Below, piece by piece: positions 63,379 to 64,000 of a stretch of DNA of 64,000 bases. The position numbers were made by a program, and so were the translations under genes. Below the pieces are notes generated by a model. That model was not told the DNA's origin. It saw nothing but the letters and a program-made list of their open reading frames with translations, and made no database searches. This DNA comes from Eukaryota sp. TZLM1-RC (lineage: Eukaryota > Protista > Metamonada: BaSk clade), in contig JAUPSS010000004.1 in NCBI GenBank assembly GCA_040285825.1, positions 5,609,784-5,673,783 of the forward strand, in the 5' to 3' direction. Each line of letters opens with the position of its first letter. Within the stretch, counting starts at the first letter, position 1.

Positions 63379-64000
63379 CAAGGATTTTATTGTTCGACTT
63401 AGCACGGCTAAGAAAGAAAATCCTGTTTTTGCAAATTTTTTGATTGATTTGAAGGACAGTTCATCTGCAGTTTTGATAAATCAAATTCCCCAGATTTATG
63501 GTCTATTTTTGAATGACGACCAATGGACCACTGCTATGAGAATGCGTTGTTATTTATGGCCTTGTAATTTGCCCAATGATTTGTTTTGCAAATGTGGAGC
63601 TGGTTTGACATTATCACATTTATTTAATCGTAATAGATTTATTTCCTATCGTTCTACGTTGCATGATGCAGTCAGAGATCAAATCCATGCAATGTGTAAT
63701 TCCTATCATATTGAATCTTTTGTAGAACCTTTGTTGAGGTCTCTTGATATAACTGAAAGCGTAAGAGATTCAGGATATGGAAAACGACGTGCTGATGTTG
63801 TTGTGCCCTCGTTTGATGATGTCATGAATGTTGTTGATGTCGTAACAGTGGATGTTTGCAAGAAAAATGCCTTGAAAAATGCTCAATCCGAAGTATCCCC
63901 CCTTGATGACTCCGAATTGTACAAACGGAAAAAGTATGCAAATCCTTTAAAAGAATTGAAACATGTTCGCCATGTAGATTACCAAATTTGCCCATTTGCT
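63379..64000 (+). mobile_element. 5'-truncated family B copy interrupting E (runs off window end)
   Basis: Matches B from caaggattttattgttcg onward. Confidence 0.85.

Noticed and set aside
19119-64000. Telomeric retrotransposon array or rDNA/spliced-leader site-specific array
   Set aside because: Orientations are mixed, insertions have internal TSDs, and no telomeric repeat, rRNA or SL target is recognisable.
1-64000. Prokaryotic RT systems (retron, DGR, group II intron, CRISPR)
   Set aside because: LTR/PPT, A-tails, TSDs and RLE motifs identify eukaryotic retrotransposons; no spacer array or TR/VR pair is present.

Overview
The whole 64 kb is eukaryotic retroelement DNA; I see no host gene, RNA gene or CRISPR array. 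(1) 1-19.1 kb holds three minus-strand copies of one Ty3/Gypsy element: a single gag-PR-RT-RH-IN ORF with a GPY/F motif and C-terminal chromodomain-like domain, and very short 79-bp LTRs. The two copies whose pol lies in the window are defective (RT YxDD region deleted). The copies are separated by a duplicated 2.85-kb block of decayed non-LTR fragments. (2) 19.1-64 kb is a nested pile of CRE-clade-like non-LTR retrotransposons (single ORF; RT plus restriction-like endonuclease). I label six families A, B, C, E, F and G (my own labels). They insert into each other with readable 7-17 bp target-site duplications (TSDs) and no shared target sequence. One full-length, probably intact family-A element sits at 30723-34203. 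Duplications of about 8.3, 2.3 and 14.75 kb expanded the locus further. Most notable: a self-nesting retroelement array (centromere/heterochromatin candidate), an internal region complementary to the tiny LTR flanking the PPT, a roughly 215-nt 5' module shared by divergent families, a CCHC-knuckle plus C4 zinc N-terminus, and a twin-priming-like inversion. Many frameshifts are copy-specific homopolymer indels and look like long-read errors. Coordinates were read by eye.
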